A stretch of 54,236 nt of DNA, filler included, from Stramenopiles sp. TOSAG23-3 (taxonomy: Eukaryota), in the NCBI GenBank assembly GCA_900128585.1. It is 4 parts of 4 records of this genome, joined end to end, with 100 filler letters (N's around TTAATTAATTAA, not from the genome) between each part and the next. Parts side by side here need not be neighbours in the genome. Positions count along the whole stretch, not along the records: positions 1 to 24,988 come from LT642296.1; 3 more parts are not named here. The stretch is one strand, 5' to 3'. Of the stretch, positions 1-10,800 are shown piece after piece. The notes under the pieces were generated by a model. The model did not search any database and was not told the DNA's origin. It worked only from the letters and a program-made list of their open reading frames with translations. The position numbers and the translations under genes were made by a program. Position 1 is the first letter of the stretch. Each line of letters opens with the position of its first letter.

Positions 1-668
1 TTTTTTTTTTCTACTTCCCAACACGACGGACGATTCATATTCGTATTCGTAATTTATTACACAAACACATAGGGAGGAAATTAAAAATAATGAAATTATA
101 TAAAACCACACAGCATCATTTATAAAAGAGACGGGGAAGAAAAACAGAAGAAGGAGCAGGCAAATACAATTAAATTACCTTGGTGTTATTTACTGTGTAA
201 AAAATATTAGAGGTTTTCTTTGACGTTGACTGGACGGAGCGAAACACTGATTCCTTTCCTTTTGGACAAAATATTTTTAGAGAGAGTAATGTTTATGTGG
301 CCACCTCGAGCCCCACTCTTTGCAACTTCTGAAAGAAAGTTTCACAAGGTGTATGACAGGTAAGTAGAGGGTTTATTTTTCAGATAAAAAATACACATAA
401 ATCCTATTAGAGGGTTAGTATGTTAAACCTTTTTAGGTTTTACCACGGGAGTAGATTTCCAACACATTCTGAAAAAACAAAGTTTTTAAAATTCTCTTAC
501 GTTTCCACATTTGGGCACAGGCATCGAGACGCTCGTACCCTCCTTCCTTCAATTACTAAAGAAAACACTTGGGATCAACGCATAATTGAACGTTTGCCTT
601 TTACAATTTTCGGTCATTTAAGAAAACTAAAAAGGCCTGACGACAATATATGGTTCTCAAGTATCCAT

Positions 669-1589
669 TTACTCTTGCTTGCCGTATTTGAACATAATGT
701 AGGCTTCCTTGAAGTAGTCAAAACCAACAAGAACCAACGTACCACCAAGGCCACGAAGGATGTTGGATCCGGCACCACGGAAGAAGGCTGAAACACCCTC
801 GTTCTTCATGATGTAACCGAAGGCGTGCATGGAACTGGTGTATCGCACACCACCTGCTGCTGCAGAACCACTTTGCATCATCATGCGACGACGTACGGTA
901 TCAATTGGGTAGGCGGCAAGACCCGCAACGGTGGTAACACCGTAACCCAAAAGGAATTTACCTGCGAAACCTCCACCGGCTTTCTTGATCATTGGACTGA
1001 AGGAGTCGTACAAACCGAAGTAGGCACCACGGTAGATGATGATACCAACGCAGGAGATGGAGAATCCATTGTATACACCACCCTTGGTCCAGCCAGAGGT
1101 CTTTGCGGTCTTCAAGATGGTATCAACAGTACCTTTGAACTCGCGTTCACCACCACTACCTACGTCCATAGCAAGACGGGTACGGGCGAAGTCAAGTGGG
1201 TAAACAACCAGCAAGGACAAGGATCCGGCCGCACCACCAGAGGCAACGTTGGCGAACAAACGTTCTCCGAATGGGGCGGTCTTTGGGGTGGCGAACATGG
1301 CCTTGATCTTATCCTTAAACATAAAGTTAAGGGCCTGGGTTGGGAAGTAACGGATTACGTTCGCCATGTTTCCACGCCAGAAGGACATAACACCCTGTTC
1401 CGCTGGAACACGCTTGCAGATATCCAGGATGCCTTTGTATGGCTTTTCAATACCTGCGGCGTCGCCTTGGTTTTGAAGAAGAAGCTTGATGCGCTCGATT
1501 GGTGCGGCAACAGTCTTGGATACGGCGGCGGCGGTACCGGCAAGCATAAAGTTCTCAGCCATGTTAAGCTTGATCTCGGCGTTTGCCAT
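669..1589 (-). CDS. ANT: Mitochondrial ADP/ATP carrier (adenine nucleotide translocator)
   Basis: Three mitochondrial-carrier repeats (APIERIKLLLQ, YPLDFARTRL, YPIDTVRRRMMM). RRRMMM is the ANT signature; WRGNMANVIRYFPTQALNF is also present. The ORF track starts at 1622, but ATG 1589 (MANAE) is preferred because 1600-1620 looks like a splice acceptor. Confidence 0.97.
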   Translation of the reverse strand: MANAEIKLNMAENFMLAGTAAAVSKTVAAPIERIKLLLQNQGDAAGIEKPYKGILDICKRVPAEQGVMSFWRGNMANVIRYFPTQALNFMFKDKIKAMFATPKTAPFGERLFANVASGGAAGSLSLLVVYPLDFARTRLAMDVGSGGEREFKGTVDTILKTAKTSGWTKGGVYNGFSISCVGIIIYRGAYFGLYDSFSPMIKKAGGGFAGKFLLGYGVTTVAGLAAYPIDTVRRRMMMQSGSAAAGGVRYTSSMHAFGYIMKNEGVSAFFRGAGSNILRGLGGTLVLVGFDYFKEAYIMFKYGKQE

Positions 1590-1599
1590 AGGCACGTAG

Positions 1600-1775
1600 C
1601 TGGACGAAAGTGGAAGAGCCATGTTTGTTTTTCTTAGTTTTCGTTAATTGGTTTCGAAAAGATAGAGTTTTTAAATCTGAGTAAGGCAGATCCGTTCTTG
1701 TTGCTTCGGAGCTTTTCCCACTTTCTCATCGGTGGCACATGCAGACACCGCCGTATACACCATATACTTACATAC
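1600..1775 (-). other. Putative 5'-UTR spliceosomal intron of the ADP/ATP carrier
   Basis: Minus strand shows GAG|GTATGTAAGT (donor at 1775, alternative GTAAGT at 1771) and the pyrimidine tract CTCTTCCACTTTCGTCCAG ending at 1600, 10 nt before ATG 1589. Confidence 0.45.
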
Positions 1776-3172
1776 CTCACTTCGCCTAGTGGTGAACTGA
1801 TCTGAGTTGGTTGGTGAAAGAGCGGTTGTCCTTCTTTCTTCTTCACCACATATTTAGTCGGAAAAAAATTATCTCATTACATTTATTAAGGAACATAAAT
1901 AATAATATTTCCTATATCGTAATTAATTAGTAAGTATAAAATTGTATATAACTTTCATATACAAAATATACTTATATATAAACTTCCTTAAATGAATAAA
2001 CAACTATATCTTTTTTTAAAAAAACACCACGAACTAAAATCCTCCCTACTACTTACTCCCTCCACCAACAAACACCATGGATGGCTCTGCCCTGAAAAAA
2101 TCTTCTTCTTCCATGTTATGTAGGTGTTAAATTATCTTTGGTTTTGTTTTATTTTATTCGAGAGAGATTGAGATAAATAGTAAAATATGGTAAAAAATAG
2201 AGGATGGATGGATTCTGCATCATTTCTTATTTTTTAATGCTATGCTATACGATGTTAAACCTGTTAAATGAAGAATGTCGTTTCGCAGTGTTATAGTATT
2301 CCTATATATTACATGTTATTTCTATATTAATTAATCTCTAACTTTTTTTAGTTTTGTTTTAATATGAACAGAGGAATGAAATTGGAAACGAATGGACGTG
2401 AAGAAAAGGAAGAAGATTCATAATTTAATTTTACGATTCATCGTAGACAACTTTGTAATTAAGTACATATACAGATTAGATATATAGGAAGATGTAAACG
2501 ACTTTAAGTAAATTAAAAAAATGATAAGTTGAGCTTTGAGGTTTGAGGTTCGATATTTATGTGTAATGCTATTTCTATTTCTATATATATTTATATGAAC
2601 ATAGCGTAACATATTTAGTCGATATTAAACGGAAAATATATACGAGTACTTGTATTTTTTATATAGTATAATTTATATACTTTTAGTAAATTTTATTATA
2701 GATATATAGTAATTCATTGCATTCTTCTATTGTTATGTTCATTTTAAAGTGTAATGCTGTGAGCATGCTTTGCTGTCTTTCTGTTCGGTTGTGGTCTTTT
2801 TTCCTGTTTTTCTCTGTTTTTATTTTTTATTTTTTTTGGCATCCATAGTGTCTCGCGCTTCTTCTTTTTTTTAAATGTAATAGTAGACTAGTAGTACCAA
2901 GTAGTAGAAAATATAATCATCATCAGAATAATCTTCATCAAACCAACTTCGCTTGGTACCGTGCGGGTACCAGGTACCGATTACAGTACCCGTACACGTT
3001 CGTTACGGGCGTATCGATACGGTAGTCACTACTCGCCAAGTTACTCATAGTAGTTTAATGAAGGCAGTTGTGGCGTGGTCATATTGTCCCTTCAAAGCAT
3101 TTTCTAATTTGCATTCGTCCCACCAACGTTTGATAGTTCGCTCGTACACTACTAGCCGTTTCCAAGGAACAA

Positions 3173-4024
3173 ATGTCGTCACTTCTTCGAATTAAAAAAG
3201 TTCGGGAAAACAAAGACGGTGTTGTGTACGGTTTTCTTTCGGGCTTAGAAAGAAAAACGTCGTACAACTTTCATCTTGTATCGTCGCCCAGATCGAATTT
3301 GAAGAAACTTGTTTCTCGGGGCAAGGAAAAGGATTGTACGAAAATTCCATTAAATTTTATGTCTCTTAATTCAAAGGTTCTTGCGTCCCCAAAGAACATA
3401 AAGTATTTCGAATATGTGGACTTTTTCCGGGACTCCAACCTGGAGGCTCCCTTTCGTGTCAGTGTACCGGGGACAATACCCCTCCGAGGCATCATCGCCT
3501 TTGTTGAGAACCGCCTAAATCTACCAAAAGAGATAGGGGCGCACGTCGCGTCGTTTCTCGGCGTAAGGAAGTTGGACCATAGGGTAGTAAAGGCAGTTGG
3601 GTGCTCTTCCTCATCAAACCAACATGATTTAAGTGAGGCATTGACGAAGGACACCTCGACATGGTGGATATCGGGTGATGCGTGCCCAGCATGGGTGGAA
3701 TTCGAAGTGCCCTACACCACTGTGTTGCAACAAGTTGGAATTATTATCCCAAAGCTTCCGTATGGCCCCCTTTCTGTTAGGAAGTTTACCCTTTCCTTCC
3801 AAACGGGCAGGAAAGAGAAAGGAAAAAAGGGCAACCCTGCCTTCTTGGAGGATCTCCGTGTTTTTGAAACCCTTGACACGGAGAACATTCAGGTGTTTGC
3901 ATTGAACCCCCCCGTTTTGCTATGTTGCCGTGGACAAACACCCCCAAGATTTCGTGTTGTTTGCAAAACAGCGGCAGACCCGAATGCTACAAATGTAGGT
4001 TTCTTCTGCATCAGGTTTTCATAG
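3173..4024 (+). CDS. Putative F-box-like protein with a C-terminal galactose-binding-like (jelly-roll) domain
   Basis: 283-aa ORF. LNLPKEIGAHVASFL resembles an F-box start. SSSSNQHDLSEAL..TSTWWIS..AWVEF resembles the F5/8C/DOC-type fold. Confidence 0.55.
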   Translation: MSSLLRIKKVRENKDGVVYGFLSGLERKTSYNFHLVSSPRSNLKKLVSRGKEKDCTKIPLNFMSLNSKVLASPKNIKYFEYVDFFRDSNLEAPFRVSVPGTIPLRGIIAFVENRLNLPKEIGAHVASFLGVRKLDHRVVKAVGCSSSSNQHDLSEALTKDTSTWWISGDACPAWVEFEVPYTTVLQQVGIIIPKLPYGPLSVRKFTLSFQTGRKEKGKKGNPAFLEDLRVFETLDTENIQVFALNPPVLLCCRGQTPPRFRVVCKTAADPNATNVGFFCIRFS

Positions 4025-4883
4025 AGAGGTTAATTGTCCTTGTGGTAAGAAAAGGAACTTTCGAATATTTTTTATTGACTTTTTTTAATTTTATTTTGAT
4101 GAACAGCACTTGTTGTAGTAGCGAAGTAACAATAAAAGTGGTGGTATTTACTAGACGACTTCCTATTACAATACTAAATAAGCAGAGGTGTGATTGAAGA
4201 AAAACACAAGTAAATAGACGACTACTATCAACACAGGGAGGTATCCTATCAAATATGGATGGATACCCATTAATAATGTTTTAATGTAATATCAACACAA
4301 CAATAAAATTATTACTTCAACAATAGAAAATAGAAAAAAGAATACAAATATCATTTCCTTCTTCTATTTTTAATTTTATACTGTGTCTGCTGTATTACAA
4401 TGTACAGTATTTTAGTAGAAAATACTAGTACTACGAGGACTATATAAAAAAAACCTTTCTTCTTCTTCTTAATTATTATTATTGATCAAAAAAAGAAGAA
4501 AAAGAATATGAAATTACACGGTACAGGTAGGAACCCAGGTACGAACTAAATATAATCCTCCTATTATATAATTACATCTTCGCATCATTATTAGTCGTCT
4601 TCCTATATTAATAAATATATTTTAATTATTTTTTATTATTATTATTTTATTTACATTTCATCATCATCACGCACGACGAGGAGAGGAGACACGCGACACG
4701 ATTTTGTTGATTGAATATTAAAACGACTTATAAAGACATATTTTTAGATTAACAAACCAAATATAGCTATTTCTTCATTTATCTTTTATTGTGGCGGCGT
4801 CTCTATTCCAGCAGAAGAGAGTGAAACCGAAGAGAAAGACGTTCACATAATATTGTATTTGTCAAGGCCAAAGTACATAAACC

Positions 4884-7800
4884 ATGGAAGATCCGGAAGA
4901 TGAAATGTGCATTGCCGCTCTGTTTGAAGAAGAGCCAAAAGTGCAGGGGCCAAACGCAGCTGGGAATACTTCCAGTAAGTCGGGGGAGGCAAGCACGGGC
5001 GATTCTACCGTAAACGACGCACTAGTTTCTGTTGAAGATATATCTCTAGGAAAATTGTTTGGTCGCCCGACGAAGGCTGACAGCGACACCTTTAAGCGGC
5101 TGCAGGAGGCCTTGGCCTCTTCAGTAACTCCCGAGGACTCCACTAGTGAAGAAGACGGAGGTTCTCAACTTGCAAGGACAATCCAGGATTCTTTCGCCGT
5201 GTCCCCCAGAGCCGTATGCTTGGCCGGGGCCCACGCGTCACTGACAATAGGCGACGCAAAAGTTCTGTCAGGCGTGCTGCGGAAAACAATTGGGCGCGAG
5301 GCCTTCTTGAACCCTTGCTACGCATTTGTTGATAGCGCCTTAAAGGAACTAGTTCGGGCTTTCCGTTTTTCTGACTTGGAAGCCGTTGTTACTAATTTGT
5401 CTCCGCATGTTCTGGAATTTTTGTTGGAAATGTATGTGAATTTTGAAGGAAATAAGCGTGATGATGTTGAGGCTGGCAACAAAATGCAATCGATAAAAAA
5501 CTTGACAGATCTCTTCGCGGGTCTTGTGCTGAGTTACCGGCACTCTCCAGAACTTTTAGTTGGATTGAAAAGCAAGTTGAATGAGCTGGTAAAGAATATT
5601 CCTCGTACGACATTAGAGTGGAAAACGATTGCTTGCAGCAAATTCAAGCGCATCGTCATAGATGGCCCGGAATTCTTGGGAGTACCAGACGCGGCAGACA
5701 AAGACTCCACCGCAGAAAAAAGCAACGGCATCAACCCCCAAGGCACCGAGATGATGACAAAGTCAGCCCATGATCGGCCGATGTCGCCAACATTGAAGGC
5801 ACAATGCGCAACAATACAAGAAATGGGGTTCTCAGTACATCAGGCACGGCGTGCACTGCAAGAAAAGAAGGGGAACGTCGACAAAGCTATGAATTGGTTG
5901 TTGAATCTCTCAGATAAAGAACGTGACGAATTGTGTGCACATAAAGACATTCCTAGGAACAAAGAAGACGCGTCGGTTTCACCTGAAAAGTCCAGTGACG
6001 CGAGCCCCAAAGCAGAAAGTCAAAATGTTGGAACCAAGGAGATCGCCGAAAAAGAAGGGGACAAGGACGGCGATGGCGAAGGCGTATGGTGTTTCGAGAG
6101 TTCAATTATTACGACGATGAAATCGTTGCTGATAGTATTCCGGGGTTATCGGGAGTCCTTTACCGATCTTTACAACGATTTGATACCGTATTATGATTTG
6201 CTAGCGCAGTACCTTAATGTAGAAAAGGGCGGGACAGATAGGGAAGTTGCAATAAACACACACACGTTCCATGCTTGGAACAAACCGGAAAACAGTTATG
6301 GTGCGAACGACGAAGTCCTTGTTGCCCCGCCATGGTTTGAAGGCTTGTTCTTGTCGGGAATCGGGGAGCATAGCCCCGGGCCCTCTTTGGCCATAAAAGC
6401 CACTGGAAAATTTGGAGGACATGCTGTTGATGGCTCAGTACATTCTCTAGAAAACGGCGTTCGTTCGTCCCTGTCCGGGTTCTCCACACTGCAAAGCAGA
6501 GACGGAGGAGATGAGTACAATGATTTTCAAGGCTGCCTTGTGACCCCAAGGAACACTTGTGAGTCAGTATCCTTCAAGCAGTTTGGGAACAAAAACGCGC
6601 TTTCTGGATGGCACTCATCTGCCGGCTCTTTTCGCAGTGTATACGGAGTGCCCAGATCAGTCACATCGAGTACACGCCTTACTTTTGGTGGTACAGTTGC
6701 GACGCCAAACAAAATGTATGTAAATAGTAGTGAAAATTATCTCTTTGTCCATGAAAGTCCGTTCAAAACGGTATCTTCGTACGAGACATTTGGCATGTCC
6801 CTTTCTGTCAAGGTTTCACCAGAGCTGGTTTTTGAAGCGAAGAAGTTTGAAGAAGAGACCGACGAGGATGAAGAAAGCCAGAGCGAAAACCCAGAAAAAG
6901 TGCAGGTTCCAAAACTCTTTTGCGGAATTTTTGTTTTGGAAAATTGTGGTGTCGCCCTCACCCCTGGGATGCACGTTGTAGCTTGGAGACGCCACAAAGG
7001 GGCCGACCACCGAGACACGGGAAACCCGCAACCTAACAACGCAGAGACCCCGGGCAATGCGGACAGGGACTCCCCCACCGGAGTGCAGCTCACGGACGAC
7101 TTGAAGATGATGGTGGACACAGGAATAATTACTAAGGAACAAGCTTACGAAATGATGGGGGTTGACATGACGCCAAGAAGTAACGATCAAAGGGACAAGA
7201 ACAAAAAAGACGATGAGTCGAAAGATAAGCCTTCTGGAATGAGTGGGGAAACATTTTCTTTTGTAAAGAGCCCTTGCAAATTAACAGCAGGGAAATTGGT
7301 CAAAATTTCTGTACTTTTCGATGGCACAACATTACACCTTATGTTAGACGATGAGTTTGTTGCGGAAGCAAAAGCTGAAGGTGCCGCCATAGCGACACAG
7401 GGCGGTAGTTCCGGTACAATCTTACCAGCATCGTCACTCTCTCTTGGCGGGGTGCCAACATCCAACCCTTACCTCCGTGCCTCGGACCAAACGCAGCGCG
7501 AATTGCCGTATTTCACAGGGACTATGTGCGCAGCGGTACTGACTATTGACATGGAGCGCAAATGCCAATGGCCGTTATCGTCTATGACGCTGGGAATAGA
7601 CTTGGAGGGAAGTGGGTTTCACTTATCAATGTGGAAAAAGGGCGCTACCGATTTACGGAACCTTCCAATACTTGACGTGGGAAGAAAACATCAATTTCAA
7701 GTGTTGGAGAAGACGCCAGTATCACTTGATACCTTCCATTCTCGTTTTAGCAACAGGTGCCAATTGGCAGGTGTAGCGAAAGCTTGTGGCAGCAAAGTTG

Positions 7801-10800
7801 TGCTGGGCGATAGGGGCGGTGCGCTCTGGTTTTCCGAACGCCACGAGGTGACTGGGGGGTTTGATTTCTCTTGCGTTTGCAATCCTGCTCCGAAGGACAA
7901 CAACGAAACTCCAATAGATGAGGGGGAGCACAAGCTAACTATGCTAAAATTTGAGGATGGCACATTGCAGAAAGATTCAAGCGAGTTGCGGCATCCAACA
8001 ATCGATGCAGAATATACCATCGTTCTTCGAAACTGTTCCGCATGGCATATACGACCTCTTAAAGGGATCGCAAAGCATGTTGGGCCTGAGCTCGAGTTGA
8101 AATTGGACTCATTTTGGGACCATCCAATCAAACACGAGGCCAGTGGAAATAACGTTGGGGCAACATCTCCGTTGGCTGAGGTACCCAGCGCAGAAGGTAC
8201 AGAATCAAAATTAGAGGGGAATGTTGAAAAAGTTAAAGTCATGTTGGATAAAGGTATGGACCAGCAGGCGGCCTTGAATAAGTTAAAGAGTGATGGTTTG
8301 GACACAAAAGAAGCCATGAGAGCTATACAGAAAGCCCTTTCTCTCACGTTTGCCAACAAAGACGAATCAGCTGCTTTATTATCAAGCGAAACGTTTGCCA
8401 ACAAAGACGAATCAGCTGCTTTATTATCAAGCGAAAAAGAAGCAAGCAAGAAAGATGATTTCCCCGTGCTTCTTCGCAGTAGCTTATATCTAAATGTTCG
8501 TGTACAAGACAACCTTGCGAGCGTCCGGCTGGAGTACGAAAAGAGTGGGTGTAGCAAAGTTCTTTGTCGCGCGTTTAACATTTCTGGGTTGAATGCGTTT
8601 GAGCCAACTCTTCGGTACCGCCCAAAGTTGGGCGATTTATCTCCCGCAAGACTCATCGTCTCCTTCGGGTGTCGAGTAGTTGTTGAAACTGAGTTTGACA
8701 TTATGAAAGAAATATTTTCAGGCACACTGGCGCCAGGTTTAGGAATGTGGGCTGGAATTCAAAATGGAGCCGAAACCCAATGGAAGGCGTTAGAGGTTAC
8801 AAAGCTAGCTTTCAGAGGGCGCTCAATACCGTTGTTGGATACTATTCCCAAAGGAAACGTTAACGAAGAACAAAGTGTTGGGCCACAGAAACCATCGGGC
8901 GGTACAATGCGACAAAAAGGCACAAAGATAACCTGCTGCTACGATGGTGTAGATTCCCCCACAAACATTGTGCAACCCGTAAACGAGACCATTCGTCTTG
9001 ATTTTGACGTCGGTACAACTCCTTTTCACAAAGACGCATGGGTTGGTATGTATGTTCCTGGCTCGAAAAATAGTAACTTTATTAAGCACGTTCCATTCGA
9101 CAGTGCCTGCAGACAAATGCTAGAGAAAGGGACTTTTCGGGTTGCAAAGAAAAATTGTTGGATAGAATTTCGCCTTTTTAGAGATGTCTCTAGTAGCGCA
9201 CCAGTAGCGGCAAGTGGCGCGTACTTTTTTAGCCACCAGAAAATTGGGATGCCTCTTACCTCGAGCCAGCTTGCGACGCAGGCTCGTCTGGAGAACTTGA
9301 TCTATTCGAAGAACCCTACTATCTCGGAAAGTGTATCTTCGCACAACGAAGAAAAAAAGACAACGTCAACCTATTTAGAATCGTTGGTTAGTCTGCATTC
9401 AAAGAACTTCGCAAAACCTGACTCGGGCGCGGGTTTTAACAACGATTATGGGTGTTCCTGGGACACTACTATGGGTGAAATAAGCATGACAACCGATTCG
9501 GCACCGACTTTGGGTTATACTGTTAAAGGGGAATTTCAAACCATGACCAACGATGGTGGCAAAACGAACCAGTCTAATCTACCAGGAACAGTACACGGAC
9601 TTGTCAGACCCGCGAAAAACGCGACAGGGAAAAATTGGTCATTTAGGGGAAGCTGGGTACCAGTCGGACAAATGATACCCCAAGTCTGCCATTGGCATTA
9701 CAATGGCCCGTCCAGCAAGGCGACCGGCAAATGGTACAAGGGTGATATTTCTGGTAAGTGGACTTTGAAGAAAGCTCAATTTGCTGATTTTTTCCGCTCG
9801 ACATTCCATCATTCCGGTCTTTTGAACATGTCAAACGACTTAGTGAATGTTTGTTATCAAAATAGTGTAATGCAATGTTTGTACCATTCAGATTTTATCC
9901 GAGAAATGATGTTCTCTCTGGACGACGCATTAGGAGCAGAAAAGGCGATGGGCACCGAAGAGGCCAAATCCTCTGAGTGTGCTTCAACAAATCTATTTCA
10001 CGACTTGAAACGACTGTACGGTGCGTTGACGTTTGCGCAAAGATCGTCACAAGCGTCTCATGAGTTGCAAAACGAAATAGTAAAGGTGTTCGAGAAAGGA
10101 AAGCAACAAGATGCGCATGCTTTTTTGGTCTATCTCATCGACAATTTGTCCACCGCTTTGGAGAAAATGGACAGTGATGAAGAGGGCAACTTCATCAAAA
10201 ATAATTTTGAAGGGAAAAACGGGTTTATCATGAAGCGACGCGACACGGGTGTGACGTGGGTGACAGACCAAGACGTATTTGTGAACTTAAACGCGTCGTT
10301 GCCCCAGCGATACGCACCGATAACGAAATTAGTCGTCCTTACAGAGAAAGACAAGTCTACCATGGTCCTGGAGCAAGGCTTTGAAATCTTGAAAGGAACC
10401 ATCAATGGAAAGGATGGTTCGAACAAGAAATCCATTGGGATATATCGGGGCGAAGCGCACGGTCTTCCCGTGACAAAATTGAAAGTTTTAACTTTTAAGC
10501 ACGACGAGGGCATTGTTGTGCCAGACAATTTCAAAATGTTGATGACAAATTTGCATCCATCAACTGCTGCAACAAGCGATCGTATTTACATAGCTTACGA
10601 GCAAGGAACTAACAACATCCCAATGGTGGAAATGGCGTTGGCATTTGGAGGCAAAAAGGCCAAGGTTTCACCGGGTTTTACCAAAGTACCGGAAGCGTTG
10701 AATGGTGGATTTGAAGGATCTTCCGTATATTTGTCCTTCAAGAAAGACCAGGCTTCGGTACGAGATTTAAAGATATCTAAAGAAAGCCCACGCGACTACA

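Noticed and set aside
355-366. Perfect CAG|GTAAGT donor on the plus strand (also GGTAAGT at ~49037)
   Set aside because: Antisense to the neighbouring gene, with no supportable plus-strand exon or acceptor.
825-1637. 270-aa plus-strand ORF, and similar ones at 7697-8725, 18692-19444, 21833-22582 and 50458-51348
   Set aside because: They lie antisense to well-supported genes and show no recognisable motifs.
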